A DNA stretch of 64,000 nucleotides. Source: a virus. Lineage: Duplodnaviria; Caudoviricetes. The notes beneath the pieces were generated by a model, which saw only the letters and a list, made by a program, of their open reading frames with translations, had not been told where the DNA came from and did not search any database. The stretch covers positions 3,965-67,964 of IMG/VR virus record IMGVR_UViG_3300032004_000003, one strand, 5' to 3'. Within the stretch, counting starts at the first letter, position 1; every line of letters begins with the position of its first letter. Positions 50,964 through 60,838 of this stretch are shown here, piece by piece. The translations under genes were made by a program, and so were the position numbers.

Positions 50964-53663
50964 TCAGGTGCTCATCGCCACCAGCCGGGCGTCGGTCGCG
51001 GGGGTCGAGTACCTCCTGATCCGCCGAATGTAGCCGTTGAATTGCTGCCCCCCCGTGGAATCCGTGCCGAGGCGCTCGGTCACCAGACCGACCGGCAGGG
51101 TCACCGAGGTGTCGGTCAACGCGGCGGCGCCGCCGATCGAGCTGGCGGCGTCGACGCTCGACCACCGGGCGGCCTGCTTGAAGGTCGCCAAGGCGGTCGC
51201 GCCCGACGTGCTCAGGGTCGCGAAGGTGCTGCCGCCCGAGTTGAGCTGGAAGATCTGGTTGGTGGTGCCCGACTGTTTGTACGCGAACACGCGGTTGTTC
51301 GGGGTGCCGTCGTCCGCCTGCCACAGATAGTGGTGGGTGCTCGGATTGAACCCGGTCGCGTGCGTCGCATCGATCGCCACCGACCCTCGATCCAGCAGCC
51401 CCGCCGCCCGGGTCGCGACGCAGGTCTCGGCGTTGCGGGTCACGGAGCTGGCGGTGGTCACCATGGGTGAGGTCGGGAAGCTGGAAGCTTCGACCTGGGA
51501 TTGAAAGAGCAGGATGCCGCTGGTGCCGTCGCCGGCATAGGTCGAGGTGCCGAGGGTGTTCAGCGCCATGGCCACCTGCACCGCCGAGCTTACCGTCGCG
51601 GTCGCGGCGGCGACGATGCTGCAGCGCCACCATCCGTTGCCGATCGACACGGCCGTCGTCGTCGGCGACCCGGAGGTGGCGGTGGCCGCGCCCGTGCTCA
51701 AATCGAAGTTGACGGCCTGCGCGGTGCCGAACGCTGTGCTGGCCAGGATCAGCCGCAGATAGCGCGTGCCGGCGAGGGCCTTGGCGTAGCAGGAGAACGC
51801 GTAGGTTGTGCCCGAGGTGAAGCTGACGTTTTGCGATGCGTTGTGCCCTTCGTTGAGCGCGGACTCGATGAACGAGCTGGCCACGCTGGCGCCATTCGGC
51901 GCGACCGCGGCGGCGTCGGTGGCAGTGACGCCGGCTTTGGTCCACGTCGCGTTCGCGAAGGTCTGGCTTTGCAGGCAGATGTTGGTGCGGGCCGCCTCAA
52001 GCAGCAGGCCCTGCGCCGTGATCCTCGGTATGCCGCTGCTATAAGCAACGCCATCCAAATCCCAAGCAGTTCCGCTTCTTGCGAAAGTAAATCCGGCCGC
52101 CGTTATTGACGCAGCATTTGCGCCGCCGATCAGGTCCAGGTCATACACCAGCTCGGAGGTGGCCGCCGCCTGCAGGTCGGCGTCGCTGGCCACGGTCAAA
52201 TAGCGGCGCACCCGGCGGAGGTTGGCGTGGCTCTCGGACCCCGCGCTGTTGCCGTAGCCGACGTACTCGTTGTCGCTGCCGAGCGTCAGGGTGCCGGCGG
52301 CGCTGGCGACGGTGCCGCCGTTGAGGCTGCTGGCGGCCCGCGAGGCCGCGACGCTCCAGGTGACGGCCGCGGCGAAGCCCGAGCCGAAGGCGACCGAGCC
52401 CGGCGCCATGTTGGCGGCGATGCCGGTGACGCCCACGTTGATGCTGGTGCCGGCGCCGGCCGCGCGGAACAGAACGACCCGGTTGCTCACCCCGTAGCGA
52501 TAGAACTGCATGCTGTCCGGCGTGACCGGCCCGGCTAGGGCCGTGTTGCCGGCGACGATCGCGACCGTGCCCTGCTGGATGTCGGCCGCCGGGCGTGCGG
52601 TCGCGGTCAGGACGTCCCGCGCCCGGGTGACCGCGGCCGACGTGGTCACTATGGGCGAGGAAGGCCAAGCGCCAGCCTCAATCTGAGATTGCCAAAGATG
52701 GACCGCCGAGCCGATGCCCGCGCCCGCGCCCACGTTGGCGCGGGTCGTGCTGGCATCCGCATCCGCGGTCTGGACGCCGCCATAGATCGTGGTCACGGTG
52801 GTCGTGAAGGTCAGCGAGCACCTGAACCAGCCGCCGCCGACGCTCACGATGGCGTTGCTCGGCGCGGTGAACCCGGCACCCGCGACGCTGGCCACGCCGG
52901 CCGTGCCGCTCGCCAGGTTGAACCACGCCCTGGCCACGTTCGTGGCGAGGCCAGAGTTGTCGGCGACGAGAATCCTGAACCAATCGGTGTTCGACCGCTT
53001 GGCGAAGATCGAGAAGCTGTACGTCGTGCCAGAGACCGTGGTGATCGCCGCGGTGCGGATGTGGGAGCTGGCGCCGTTCTCGACGTAGGTGTCGCCGCTC
53101 ACGACGCCGTCCGGTGCCGTGACCGCGTTGGCGGTCACCGAGGCGGTGCTTGTGGTCCAGGACGCGTTGTCGAGTTCCTGCGAGCGCAATGACAGGTTGG
53201 TGCGGGCGCCCTCAAAAAGCAACCCGGAGGCGTCCACGCGCGGCGTCCCGCTGGCCACCTGCACGCCCTTCATCGTCCAGGCGATGGAGCTGCGGCTGTA
53301 GGTCAGGCCCGCCGCGGTCATCGCCGACGTGCTGTCGCCCTGGTCGAACCTCAGGTCGAACATCAGCTGGTTCGGGGTCAGCGCGGCCGTGCCGGCAAGG
53401 CTCACCGCGGCCGACCCGGCGAGCTGCAGCGCGTGCGGCCCCAGGCTCAGGCTGGCCGTGCCGGCGAGGCTCACCGCCGCCGACCCGGCGAGCCGCAGCG
53501 CGTGCGGCCCCAGGTCCAGCGCGGCCGTGCCGCCGAGGCTCAGCGCCGCCGTCCCGGCCATGTGCCGATCCGGCTGGGTGCGGTAGCTTGGCGCCGCCAC
53601 GGCCCCCGGCGCGGCGGCCGCGAAGCCGCCCGGGTGATAGAAGAGCGGCGTCAGGCTCAGCAT
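50964..53663 (-). CDS. Tail/head fiber protein with two tandem beta-sandwich (LamG-like) modules
   Basis: Duplicated motif: GLTYSRSSIAW...GLLFEGARTNL..RSQEL.NASW and GFTFARSGTAW...GLLLEAARTNI..QSQTF.NATW. Confidence 0.75.
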   Translation of the reverse strand: MLSLTPLFYHPGGFAAAAPGAVAAPSYRTQPDRHMAGTAALSLGGTAALDLGPHALRLAGSAAVSLAGTASLSLGPHALQLAGSAAVSLAGTAALTPNQLMFDLRFDQGDSTSAMTAAGLTYSRSSIAWTMKGVQVASGTPRVDASGLLFEGARTNLSLRSQELDNASWTTSTASVTANAVTAPDGVVSGDTYVENGASSHIRTAAITTVSGTTYSFSIFAKRSNTDWFRILVADNSGLATNVARAWFNLASGTAGVASVAGAGFTAPSNAIVSVGGGWFRCSLTFTTTVTTIYGGVQTADADASTTRANVGAGAGIGSAVHLWQSQIEAGAWPSSPIVTTSAAVTRARDVLTATARPAADIQQGTVAIVAGNTALAGPVTPDSMQFYRYGVSNRVVLFRAAGAGTSINVGVTGIAANMAPGSVAFGSGFAAAVTWSVAASRAASSLNGGTVASAAGTLTLGSDNEYVGYGNSAGSESHANLRRVRRYLTVASDADLQAAATSELVYDLDLIGGANAASITAAGFTFARSGTAWDLDGVAYSSGIPRITAQGLLLEAARTNICLQSQTFANATWTKAGVTATDAAAVAPNGASVASSFIESALNEGHNASQNVSFTSGTTYAFSCYAKALAGTRYLRLILASTAFGTAQAVNFDLSTGAATATSGSPTTTAVSIGNGWWRCSIVAAATATVSSAVQVAMALNTLGTSTYAGDGTSGILLFQSQVEASSFPTSPMVTTASSVTRNAETCVATRAAGLLDRGSVAIDATHATGFNPSTHHYLWQADDGTPNNRVFAYKQSGTTNQIFQLNSGGSTFATLSTSGATALATFKQAARWSSVDAASSIGGAAALTDTSVTLPVGLVTERLGTDSTGGQQFNGYIRRIRRYSTPATDARLVAMST
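53386..53556. repeat. 69-bp tandem repeat (about 2.4 copies) within the fiber gene
   Basis: Units start at 53386, 53455 and 53524; encode LGPHAL(R/Q)LAGSAAVSLAGTA. Confidence 0.8.
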
Positions 53664-53667
53664 CGGC

Positions 53668-54000
53668 TTAGCCCTCCGTCACCGGCACGAGCTGCAGGGT
53701 GCCGGTCGAGCCGCCCATGCCGATGACGCTCACCTTGTGCCCGTCCGGGACCAGCAGGGGGATCATGGCGGCGCCGTAGAACGGCAGGTTCGCCGCGCCC
53801 GTGGTCGCGGTCGGCGCCAAGCCGATGGCGACGTAGCAGCTCGTGGACGGGCAGAAATAGTAGACCGCGCCGGTGAGCGCGCTCGAGGTCACCGCGGCGC
53901 CGCCGATGCTCAGCTGGATGCCGTCGGCCGTGTTGGCGGCGACCACGGGCAGGCTGTCGAGTCGGCTCGACAAGGCGGTGGTGACGAGGGTGCGGGCCAT
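53668..54000 (-). CDS. Small virion-associated hypothetical protein
   Basis: GGAGG RBS; beta-rich; within the tail operon. Confidence 0.6.
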   Translation of the reverse strand: MARTLVTTALSSRLDSLPVVAANTADGIQLSIGGAAVTSSALTGAVYYFCPSTSCYVAIGLAPTATTGAANLPFYGAAMIPLLVPDGHKVSVIGMGGSTGTLQLVPVTEG

Positions 54001-54010
54001 CGCGGCCTCC

Positions 54011-54412
54011 TTAGTCGAGGGTGAACAGCAGGCTGCCCGGGTTGAATTGAACCGGCGCGTTCGCCGCCCCGATGCTCACCGTCGTGGCCAGGGCGCCGTA
54101 GATCCAGACGTTGCCGCCGGTCGAGGCATCGGCAACGAAGAAATGCGTCGGCGAGCCCCAAGAACCCGTAGGCGTCGGCATGACCACCGTGGCCAAGTTC
54201 GACTTGGCGACGCTTGCCTGCTGCCACGCGGTGCTCGAGTTGACGATCGCCACCCGGCCGTAGCCGTTGCCGCTCGGCTCGCTGGCGGTCGAGCCGGTCT
54301 CGCCCGGGTCGCCGACCGACAAGCCGATGTACCAGCTCGCCGGCAGGCTCACGGCCTCGGCGCCGATCAGCCAGTCCAGGACTCGCAGCTCGGCAAGGTT
54401 CGTTGCGGACAT
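54011..54412 (-). CDS. Phage tail fiber-associated protein
   Basis: WYIGLSVGDPGE...EPSGNGYGRV; FFVADASTGGNVWIYGAL. Confidence 0.75.
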   Translation of the reverse strand: MSATNLAELRVLDWLIGAEAVSLPASWYIGLSVGDPGETGSTASEPSGNGYGRVAIVNSSTAWQQASVAKSNLATVVMPTPTGSWGSPTHFFVADASTGGNVWIYGALATTVSIGAANAPVQFNPGSLLFTLD

Positions 54413-54423
54413 GCTCTCATCTC

Positions 54424-55122
54424 CTAGCTCGTGATGCAGACGATGCGCCGCCGCGGGCGCCGGGTGACAAGCAGGCTGGCGCTGGCGGCCAGGGTCAGCG
54501 CCGCCGAGCCCTGCAGCCGCGCCGGGTTGGCGGTCATGGTCAGCGCGGCGCTGCCGGCCAGCGTGAGCGCGGCGCTGCCGGCCAGCCGCAGGGTGTCCGT
54601 GCCCGCCCCGGTCTGGATCAGCTCCAGCGCGCACAGGGACGCGGCGGCGGTGCTGCCGCTGAGCCCGGTCTGCGCGCTGATCACGCCGCCGCTCGGGCTG
54701 AGGCCGGTCCAGTCCTGGTAGGCGCCGGTGCTCCAGCTGCGGGCGTCGGCGTTGCACGTGAACCGGGTCGTCGGGTTGTCGTTGGCGTCGGTGTGGTGCA
54801 ACCTCAAGGTGTATGTGCCGGCGGGGACGCTGGTGAACGCCACGGTCACCGCCGGGCTGCCGCCGTTGTGGACTTGATAGGTGTAGGCGATCTCGGCGTG
54901 CAGCCCGGTGGTCCCGGCCGTGCCGAGGTCGGTGGCGTAGTCCCACCACTCGGTCTGCGTGAAGCCGACGGCGGTCGCGGCCGCGGCGGTGTCGATCAGG
55001 CTGGACTGGCTGCCCGGCGCCGACGTGGTGCGCGTGTTCCAGCCCGGGAAGCCGCCGGGCGGCGTGGTGCCGGTCCAGTCCTCGGTGAGATCAGCGGCGA
55101 GCTTCATGCGCACGTGCAGCAC
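54424..55122 (-). CDS. Virion-associated hypothetical protein (beta-sandwich)
   Basis: Thr/Gly-rich; C-terminal LAGSAALTLAGSAAL repeat. Confidence 0.6.
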   Translation of the reverse strand: MLHVRMKLAADLTEDWTGTTPPGGFPGWNTRTTSAPGSQSSLIDTAAAATAVGFTQTEWWDYATDLGTAGTTGLHAEIAYTYQVHNGGSPAVTVAFTSVPAGTYTLRLHHTDANDNPTTRFTCNADARSWSTGAYQDWTGLSPSGGVISAQTGLSGSTAAASLCALELIQTGAGTDTLRLAGSAALTLAGSAALTMTANPARLQGSAALTLAASASLLVTRRPRRRIVCITS

Positions 55123-55128
55123 GGCGTG

Positions 55129-55983
55129 TCAGCTCCGCGTGCCGAGCAGCGAGATCGAGACGTTGGCCAGCGTGGCGTCGGGTGCCACCGGCGCGACCAC
55201 GCCCAGCACGTCGCCGATCGCGAAGGAGGCGCCCGCGCCGCCGAACGTGCCCGAGGTGGCGGACGCGGCGAAGCTCAGGCTGCCGATGCCCGAGCCGTTC
55301 TTGGTCAACGAGAAGGCGGCGCTTGCCGTGGCCATGGTCTGCGTCCTGGCGACCGACCCGGCGAAGGCGGACGCGAACGCCACGGCGTACGGCAGCGCCA
55401 GCCGCGCCACGACCTCAGCCGCGTCCGGCGCGCCGTCGACATAGAGCAGCGCCGCGAACGGTGCCGCCGTCGAGACGGTGACCGTGACCTGCGAGCCCGA
55501 GCTGGCGACCGCGACACCCGAGCCGGCGAAGGTCATGCGGGTGGTGGAAGCGACCACGACCCCGCCACCGTCGGCGACCTGCAGCCCGGTCCCGGCCACC
55601 GGCGTGCCGGCCGTGACCTCGACCAGCCGCAGATCCTGGGCGATCATCGTCTTCACCTGCCCGGGGTCGAGCACGACCGAGCCGCTGCCGCCGGCGATCT
55701 GCGCCGTGATCACCCCGTCGCTGCCGTTGTCGAGCGCGAAGTAGCGGTTGCTCGGCGGCAGGGTGACCGTGACCGCCGCGCCCGTGCTGCCGGCCACCCG
55801 GAGGCAGAAGTTCGATAGGTAGGTGTCGAGCCCGACCACGACGCTAGCCACGGTTGAGACGTCGACCACGGCGTGCCCCTGCGTCGCCTGATCCAGGGCA
55901 TCCAGCGCCTCGTTGACGGTGATCTCCTTCTTCGCCTGGGCGGCGGCCAGGTGGGTGATCAGCAGGTTGGGGGTCGTGGCCAT
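55129..55983 (-). CDS. DUF2793 domain tail protein
   Basis: TTPNLLITHLAAAQAKKEITVNEALDALD N-terminal motif. Confidence 0.85.
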   Translation of the reverse strand: MATTPNLLITHLAAAQAKKEITVNEALDALDQATQGHAVVDVSTVASVVVGLDTYLSNFCLRVAGSTGAAVTVTLPPSNRYFALDNGSDGVITAQIAGGSGSVVLDPGQVKTMIAQDLRLVEVTAGTPVAGTGLQVADGGGVVVASTTRMTFAGSGVAVASSGSQVTVTVSTAAPFAALLYVDGAPDAAEVVARLALPYAVAFASAFAGSVARTQTMATASAAFSLTKNGSGIGSLSFAASATSGTFGGAGASFAIGDVLGVVAPVAPDATLANVSISLLGTRS

Positions 55984-55991
55984 GGCTGTCC

Positions 55992-58900
55992 TTAGACGTC
56001 CGTGTTGGCGGGCCAGCCGCGGCCGACCGTGGTGGAGCGCTGGAAGACGCGGAGCAGCCGCTGGCCGACGATCTCGTTCAGGTAGAGCCTGACGTCATCG
56101 ACCGCGACGTGCCGGGTGCTGCCGCCCGGGGTGGCCACCGCGATCGCCACCGTCGCCGCCACCGTGCTGGCCGGCGCCGCCACGGTCAGCTCGACCGTGC
56201 CCCAGGCGCGCGCCGCGACCCCCAGGGCTGCCGGATTGGCGTAGCTCACGCTGGCGTTGGCCACGACGCTGCCGGCGGCGTTGGCGAGGTCGAGCCGCAG
56301 CGTCACCGCCGGTCCCGCGGTCTCGCGCCACGCCACCTGCAGCTCGCAGCGCGCCTCCAGCCGGCCGCTCTCGACCTGGGCGAAATCGAGCCCGTGCCAG
56401 TCCTCCTGCCGCAGGTCGCAGCGCTGCTCCAGCGCGCACGCCGCCCCGGCGCTGGCCTGGGTGATCAGGTAGGACCGACCGTCGACCGGGCTCGGCATGG
56501 CGCTGACCGTCGAAGCTGTCCAGGTGCCGGCGGTCACCGTCCAACCCGTGCTGCCGGTCTCGAACGAGCCGCCGGCGAGCGCGCAACGCCAGCCGTGGCG
56601 GTCGCCGTGGTCGGTCTGCGCGTCGGCCAGGACGTAGAAAGCTGCTTGGCTACTGTTATCCACAAACGAGCCGGCCGCCGTGCTGGCGCTGGTCAATGTC
56701 CGCGCGAGATTGCCGTCCTCGTCGAGCACGTCGACCTCGTAGGTCTCGGGCACCTCGTCGTCGGCCAGCTCGACGTCGCGCCACGGCAGCCAGCTCTGGT
56801 CACGCCCGGCGCGTCGGATCCAGGTGTAGCGCCGGTCGCCGCTGAGGGCGCTCGGGTGCGTGGCGGCAACCTGCGTCGGCGACCACGGCCGGACGCTGGC
56901 GGCATCCAGCGTGATCGAGAGCGCGGTGACGTCGTCGGTGGTCTGGCCGCTCGGCACCAGCTTGACCAGCCGGGTGGCGCCGACCTCGGCGTCGGTGATG
57001 CCGAGGAACAAGAGCGCGTCCGGGTCGAGCAGCCAGACGTCCTGCCCGGCGTGGTGCGTGCCGGTCAGGTGCTCGGTGCCGCGCAGGCCCCGCACCAGCC
57101 CGGTCAGCCGGTAGCGGCCGATCCGCAGCCAGGTGGCGGTCTCGAACTGGAGCAGCTCGTAGCCGGTCGTGGCATCGCCGACCAGGAGCAGGTTGGCCTC
57201 GCCGGTCAGCAGCTCGGCGCGGCTGATCGAGTCGAGCGTGCCGAAGGTCGAGAGCTGCACGTCGAGCCAGCCGGTGTCGTCGACCGTGGTCGTGGTCGCC
57301 GCGTCCGCCAGCCCGCCGGCCAGCGTGCCATGCGTGATCAGCTCGTTGACGCCGCCGGATGCCACCCAGGTCTCGCCGTCATCCTCGCTGACATAGACCG
57401 TGGCGCCGGACCACGTGCCGCCGTCGGTCGCCAGAGCCGCCCCGACCAAAAAGCCGACGTCGTTGCCGGTGACGTCCGGCAAGGTCAGCCCGTCGACCAG
57501 CGCCGTGCGCAGCGTCGGCGGCGTCGCCGGCGCGGTCTGCGTCGGGAACGAGGAGGAGGTGTCGGGCGCCAGGACGTCGCTGTCGTACAGCTCGCTCGAG
57601 AAGGTCTCGGCGTCGATCTCGACGGTCAGGTCGGCGCCGTCCGCGATCCGCCGCACCTGCAGGGTGTAGGCCGCGTTCAAGGCGGTGACGGTGATGACGT
57701 CGTTCGGCTCGAGCAGCGCCCATCTCGGGCCGAGCCGCAACCGCGCCGGCCGCCGGTTCCAGGCCTCCGACAACATCTTGTCGGCGATCCGCTTCGGTTC
57801 GGCCGGTCCGTCGAACACGATCGCGGCTTCCATGGTGGCCAGGTTGCGGGCGATGGTCGCGCCCCTGGGCCGCTTGGCGCCCATGGTGTTGGGTTGGTAG
57901 TCCCGCCGGTAGTCGCCGAACACCAGATCGACCCGCTCGGGCAGGTCCAGCTCGTCGGTGACCGTGTCCTCGATGGTCTCGCCGGGCTGGCCGGTGCCGC
58001 TGACAGCACCCGTGTCGGCGAGCGGCACGACGGAGGTCACGCTGCGGTCGCGCTTGCGGAACTTGAGGATCCAGTCCGATTCCACCGCGTCAAAGAAGTA
58101 GCAGGCGGTCAGCTGCTCGATCTGCGAGAAGCCGGATGAACGTCGGGTCAGCGTGTAGCCGAACACCTCGTCGGTCAGCTCGGACACGTCGAGGTCGGCG
58201 TTCTCGAGCCCGCAGCGGCGGCAGACGTCGGCGACGATGGCGGCCAGATCGGCGGCGGTGGTCGAGCCGTCGTTCTTGTCCAGCCACACCGTGCTCGTGC
58301 TGCCGCGGATGGCGTGCAGCGCCGGCAGGTAGACCCCGGTCTGCTGCGAGGTGGCGACGTCGGGCCACTTGTAGCGCGCCGTCCAGGTCATGGTGGTGAG
58401 GTCGGCTAGCCCCCAGGTCTGCGCGCTGTCCTCCTGCCCGGCGGTCGGGTCGTTCCACGCGTCGGCCAGGTTGCTGGCGCTGGGCAGCACCACCGTCGCC
58501 GGGTCGAGCGCCGCCGGGGCGCCGAGCCCGGTGCCCGGGTTCCAGAACAGCGAGCCGGCCGGCGAGCCCGAGGCGTCGCGCGCGTCGAACCAGTCGTCGC
58601 TGTCGGCCGTTTCCAGCGCCGTCGGCGCCAGCTGAAGCTGGGCGTCAATATTTCCCGTCAACAGGTTGATCTTGTGCAGGAAGCTGTAGTTGCTCAGGAA
58701 CAGGGTGTCGGGCAGCCGCTCGATCTCGAGCAGCGCGCACGGCACGTCGGTCAGGCCGGTCGCGCCCGAGGCCTGGTTGGTGAAGTAGCCCATGCGCGGC
58801 ATGGGCAGCTCGGCGGGCGTCCAGTGGTGCTGCAAGCGGATGCCGGACGGGCCGAGCAGCACCACGCCGAACGTGATCAGGCTGGCGTCGTGCCAGGCGT

Positions 58901-60383
58901 CGAGCGGCGAGGTGACCGTGGCGCCGGCGTAGGACAGCGCCGTGCCCCAGTCGACGTCGGCGGCGTAGAGCGGGTCGCTCCACACCTCGCTGCTGATCAG
59001 GTTGCTCGCCGTCACCCAGACGCTGTCCGGGTGCTGCTGGCTGCGGTGGCCGATGCGGCTCGGCAGCAGGCTGGCGACGCCGCGCGGGTCGCCGGCGGCG
59101 CGAAACACCGTCAGCCAGTAGGTGTTGACCACGGTCATGGTCGAGGTGGCGATCACGCTGACCCGGCCGAGCACCGCGCGGCTGTCGTCGTTGCTCAGCG
59201 CCGAATAGATGCCGCGGTTGTGCTGCCCGGGGAAGGTGTGCCACCGGTAGAGGTATTGGCCGTCGTGGCTGATGCACGAGCACGTGCCGGCGGCGGTGTC
59301 CGCGGTCCAGGAGGTCTTGTTCCAGCTCAGCGGCCCGGCCAGGACGTCGCCGGTCCAGGGATTGACCCGCTCGAGGTGATACTTGGTGTCGCTGTTGGTG
59401 TCGTACTCGACCACCACGGTCTCGATGGCGCCCGGCGCCGCTTCCAGCATGACGACCGAGGTCGTGCTGCCGGTGTGCGCCCGGTCGAGCCACACCCAGT
59501 TCAGCCCGTAGTTCTTGGTGTCGGCGATCCAGAGGTCCGGCTTGGTGGCGACCGCGAAGTAGGTCCGCGTCGGGACGGCGGCGTAGGTGAAATAGGTCTC
59601 GCTCGCGACCCGGTAGTAGCTGCCGCTGGTGTTGCTGCCGCCGATGATCCGGTCGCCGCTCTCATCGTGCGTGCCGCTCGAGGGTGGCTGCCAGGCGAAG
59701 GTGCTGGGCGTGCCGATCGCCACCTCGAACGTCAGGTTCGGCCGCCGGTTGCCGTAATCGGCGAGCGCGAAGCCCTCGAAGACCACGTAGCACAACCCGC
59801 GGTAGGCCGGCGTCCGGTCGACCCCCTGCGCCGCCTGGATCAGCGGGTCCGGCAGCTGGTCCTCGCCGCCGAGGTGGATCCGGATCGTGCCCTTGAGCAG
59901 CACGCCGGGGTCGGTGGCCGTGTTGACGATCTCGCCGGTGGCGTCGCGCACCGGCGAGGGGCCGTGGATCAGCTTGCCGTCGGCCCAGATGCGGTGGACG
60001 CCTTCGACCGGCCCGGCGCAGATGCCGATCGCCGCGTCCATGGCGTAGCTGTAGGTGGTGGTGACCGTCTTGATGCCGGCCTCGGTCTCGGTCTGCCGGT
60101 GCCTGGTCTCCTCGATCTTGGGGCTCCAGATGTACTGGCCAGCCAGCCGCACGCTGCCATAGGCGATGGGGATCGGCTCGCCGAGCGCGCTGTCGCTCGA
60201 CTGCAGGTCCGAGACCCGCGGCCCTTCGACCCGGACCTTCGACCCGCCGGCGCCCTCGATCATCGTGCCGCCGGCCACGCCCAAGGACCAGCCGATGCTG
60301 GCGCCAAGCGCCGGCATGCCGACCATGGAGCCAAGCGCGCCGCCGATGATCGCGCCGGTGACGCCGAGCGCTAGTGTGGCCAC
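55992..60383 (-). CDS. Host-specificity / tail-tip protein (GTA megatron-like, Phage-tail_3 domain)
   Basis: GEPIPIAYGSVRLAGQYIWS; RIWADGKL; PAYRGLCYVVFEGFALADYGNRRPNLTFEV; FDAVESDWILKFR; RGLRGTE. Confidence 0.9.
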   Translation of the reverse strand: MATLALGVTGAIIGGALGSMVGMPALGASIGWSLGVAGGTMIEGAGGSKVRVEGPRVSDLQSSDSALGEPIPIAYGSVRLAGQYIWSPKIEETRHRQTETEAGIKTVTTTYSYAMDAAIGICAGPVEGVHRIWADGKLIHGPSPVRDATGEIVNTATDPGVLLKGTIRIHLGGEDQLPDPLIQAAQGVDRTPAYRGLCYVVFEGFALADYGNRRPNLTFEVAIGTPSTFAWQPPSSGTHDESGDRIIGGSNTSGSYYRVASETYFTYAAVPTRTYFAVATKPDLWIADTKNYGLNWVWLDRAHTGSTTSVVMLEAAPGAIETVVVEYDTNSDTKYHLERVNPWTGDVLAGPLSWNKTSWTADTAAGTCSCISHDGQYLYRWHTFPGQHNRGIYSALSNDDSRAVLGRVSVIATSTMTVVNTYWLTVFRAAGDPRGVASLLPSRIGHRSQQHPDSVWVTASNLISSEVWSDPLYAADVDWGTALSYAGATVTSPLDAWHDASLITFGVVLLGPSGIRLQHHWTPAELPMPRMGYFTNQASGATGLTDVPCALLEIERLPDTLFLSNYSFLHKINLLTGNIDAQLQLAPTALETADSDDWFDARDASGSPAGSLFWNPGTGLGAPAALDPATVVLPSASNLADAWNDPTAGQEDSAQTWGLADLTTMTWTARYKWPDVATSQQTGVYLPALHAIRGSTSTVWLDKNDGSTTAADLAAIVADVCRRCGLENADLDVSELTDEVFGYTLTRRSSGFSQIEQLTACYFFDAVESDWILKFRKRDRSVTSVVPLADTGAVSGTGQPGETIEDTVTDELDLPERVDLVFGDYRRDYQPNTMGAKRPRGATIARNLATMEAAIVFDGPAEPKRIADKMLSEAWNRRPARLRLGPRWALLEPNDVITVTALNAAYTLQVRRIADGADLTVEIDAETFSSELYDSDVLAPDTSSSFPTQTAPATPPTLRTALVDGLTLPDVTGNDVGFLVGAALATDGGTWSGATVYVSEDDGETWVASGGVNELITHGTLAGGLADAATTTTVDDTGWLDVQLSTFGTLDSISRAELLTGEANLLLVGDATTGYELLQFETATWLRIGRYRLTGLVRGLRGTEHLTGTHHAGQDVWLLDPDALLFLGITDAEVGATRLVKLVPSGQTTDDVTALSITLDAASVRPWSPTQVAATHPSALSGDRRYTWIRRAGRDQSWLPWRDVELADDEVPETYEVDVLDEDGNLARTLTSASTAAGSFVDNSSQAAFYVLADAQTDHGDRHGWRCALAGGSFETGSTGWTVTAGTWTASTVSAMPSPVDGRSYLITQASAGAACALEQRCDLRQEDWHGLDFAQVESGRLEARCELQVAWRETAGPAVTLRLDLANAAGSVVANASVSYANPAALGVAARAWGTVELTVAAPASTVAATVAIAVATPGGSTRHVAVDDVRLYLNEIVGQRLLRVFQRSTTVGRGWPANTDV

Positions 60384-60838
60384 GCGGTCGCCCCCCGGTA
60401 GCGGTAGACGGCGGCCAGCCGGCCGGACCAGGGCGGCACCCAGCCGTGCTCGACGCACCAGCCCAGGCGCTGCTGGCCGGCCCGCCGCGCCAGCGTGTGC
60501 ACGTGAATCAGGGACAGCGACCCGTGCAGCCAGCCGAGCAGCCCGACGTGCTCCCAGCCGAGCCGCAGCCGCAGCGCCACCACGTCGCCCGGCCCGGCGT
60601 CGCTGAAGGTCCGCAGCGGCACCAGGTTGGCTTCCAGCCAGGTCCGCAGCCGCGGGCCGTCGCCGGCCATGCCGTAGCCGGTGGCGTCCGGCAGCGGCAG
60701 CCCGAGCGTCCAGCCGACGCGCAAGATCAAGCCGAAGCAGTCGAGGCCGGTCGCATCCCGGCCGTGCAGCCGGAACGGCGTGCCGACCCAGGCGCGCGCG
60801 TGCGGCGTCACGAGGTCGGCTTCGGGGTTGCGTACCAC
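60371..60838 (-). CDS. NlpC/P60 family phage cell-wall peptidase
   Basis: ARAWVGTPF..HGR...GLDCFGL; PGDVV; HVGL. Confidence 0.9.
   Translation of the reverse strand: MVRNPEADLVTPHARAWVGTPFRLHGRDATGLDCFGLILRVGWTLGLPLPDATGYGMAGDGPRLRTWLEANLVPLRTFSDAGPGDVVALRLRLGWEHVGLLGWLHGSLSLIHVHTLARRAGQQRLGWCVEHGWVPPWSGRLAAVYRYRGATAWPH

Noticed and set aside
50964-53663. Diversity-generating retroelement acting on the fiber gene
   Set aside because: No reverse transcriptase and no near-identical TR/VR pair differing only at adenines was seen.
56109-60374. Long + strand ORFs 56109-58139 and 58674-60374
   Set aside because: Antisense shadows of the tail-tip gene.
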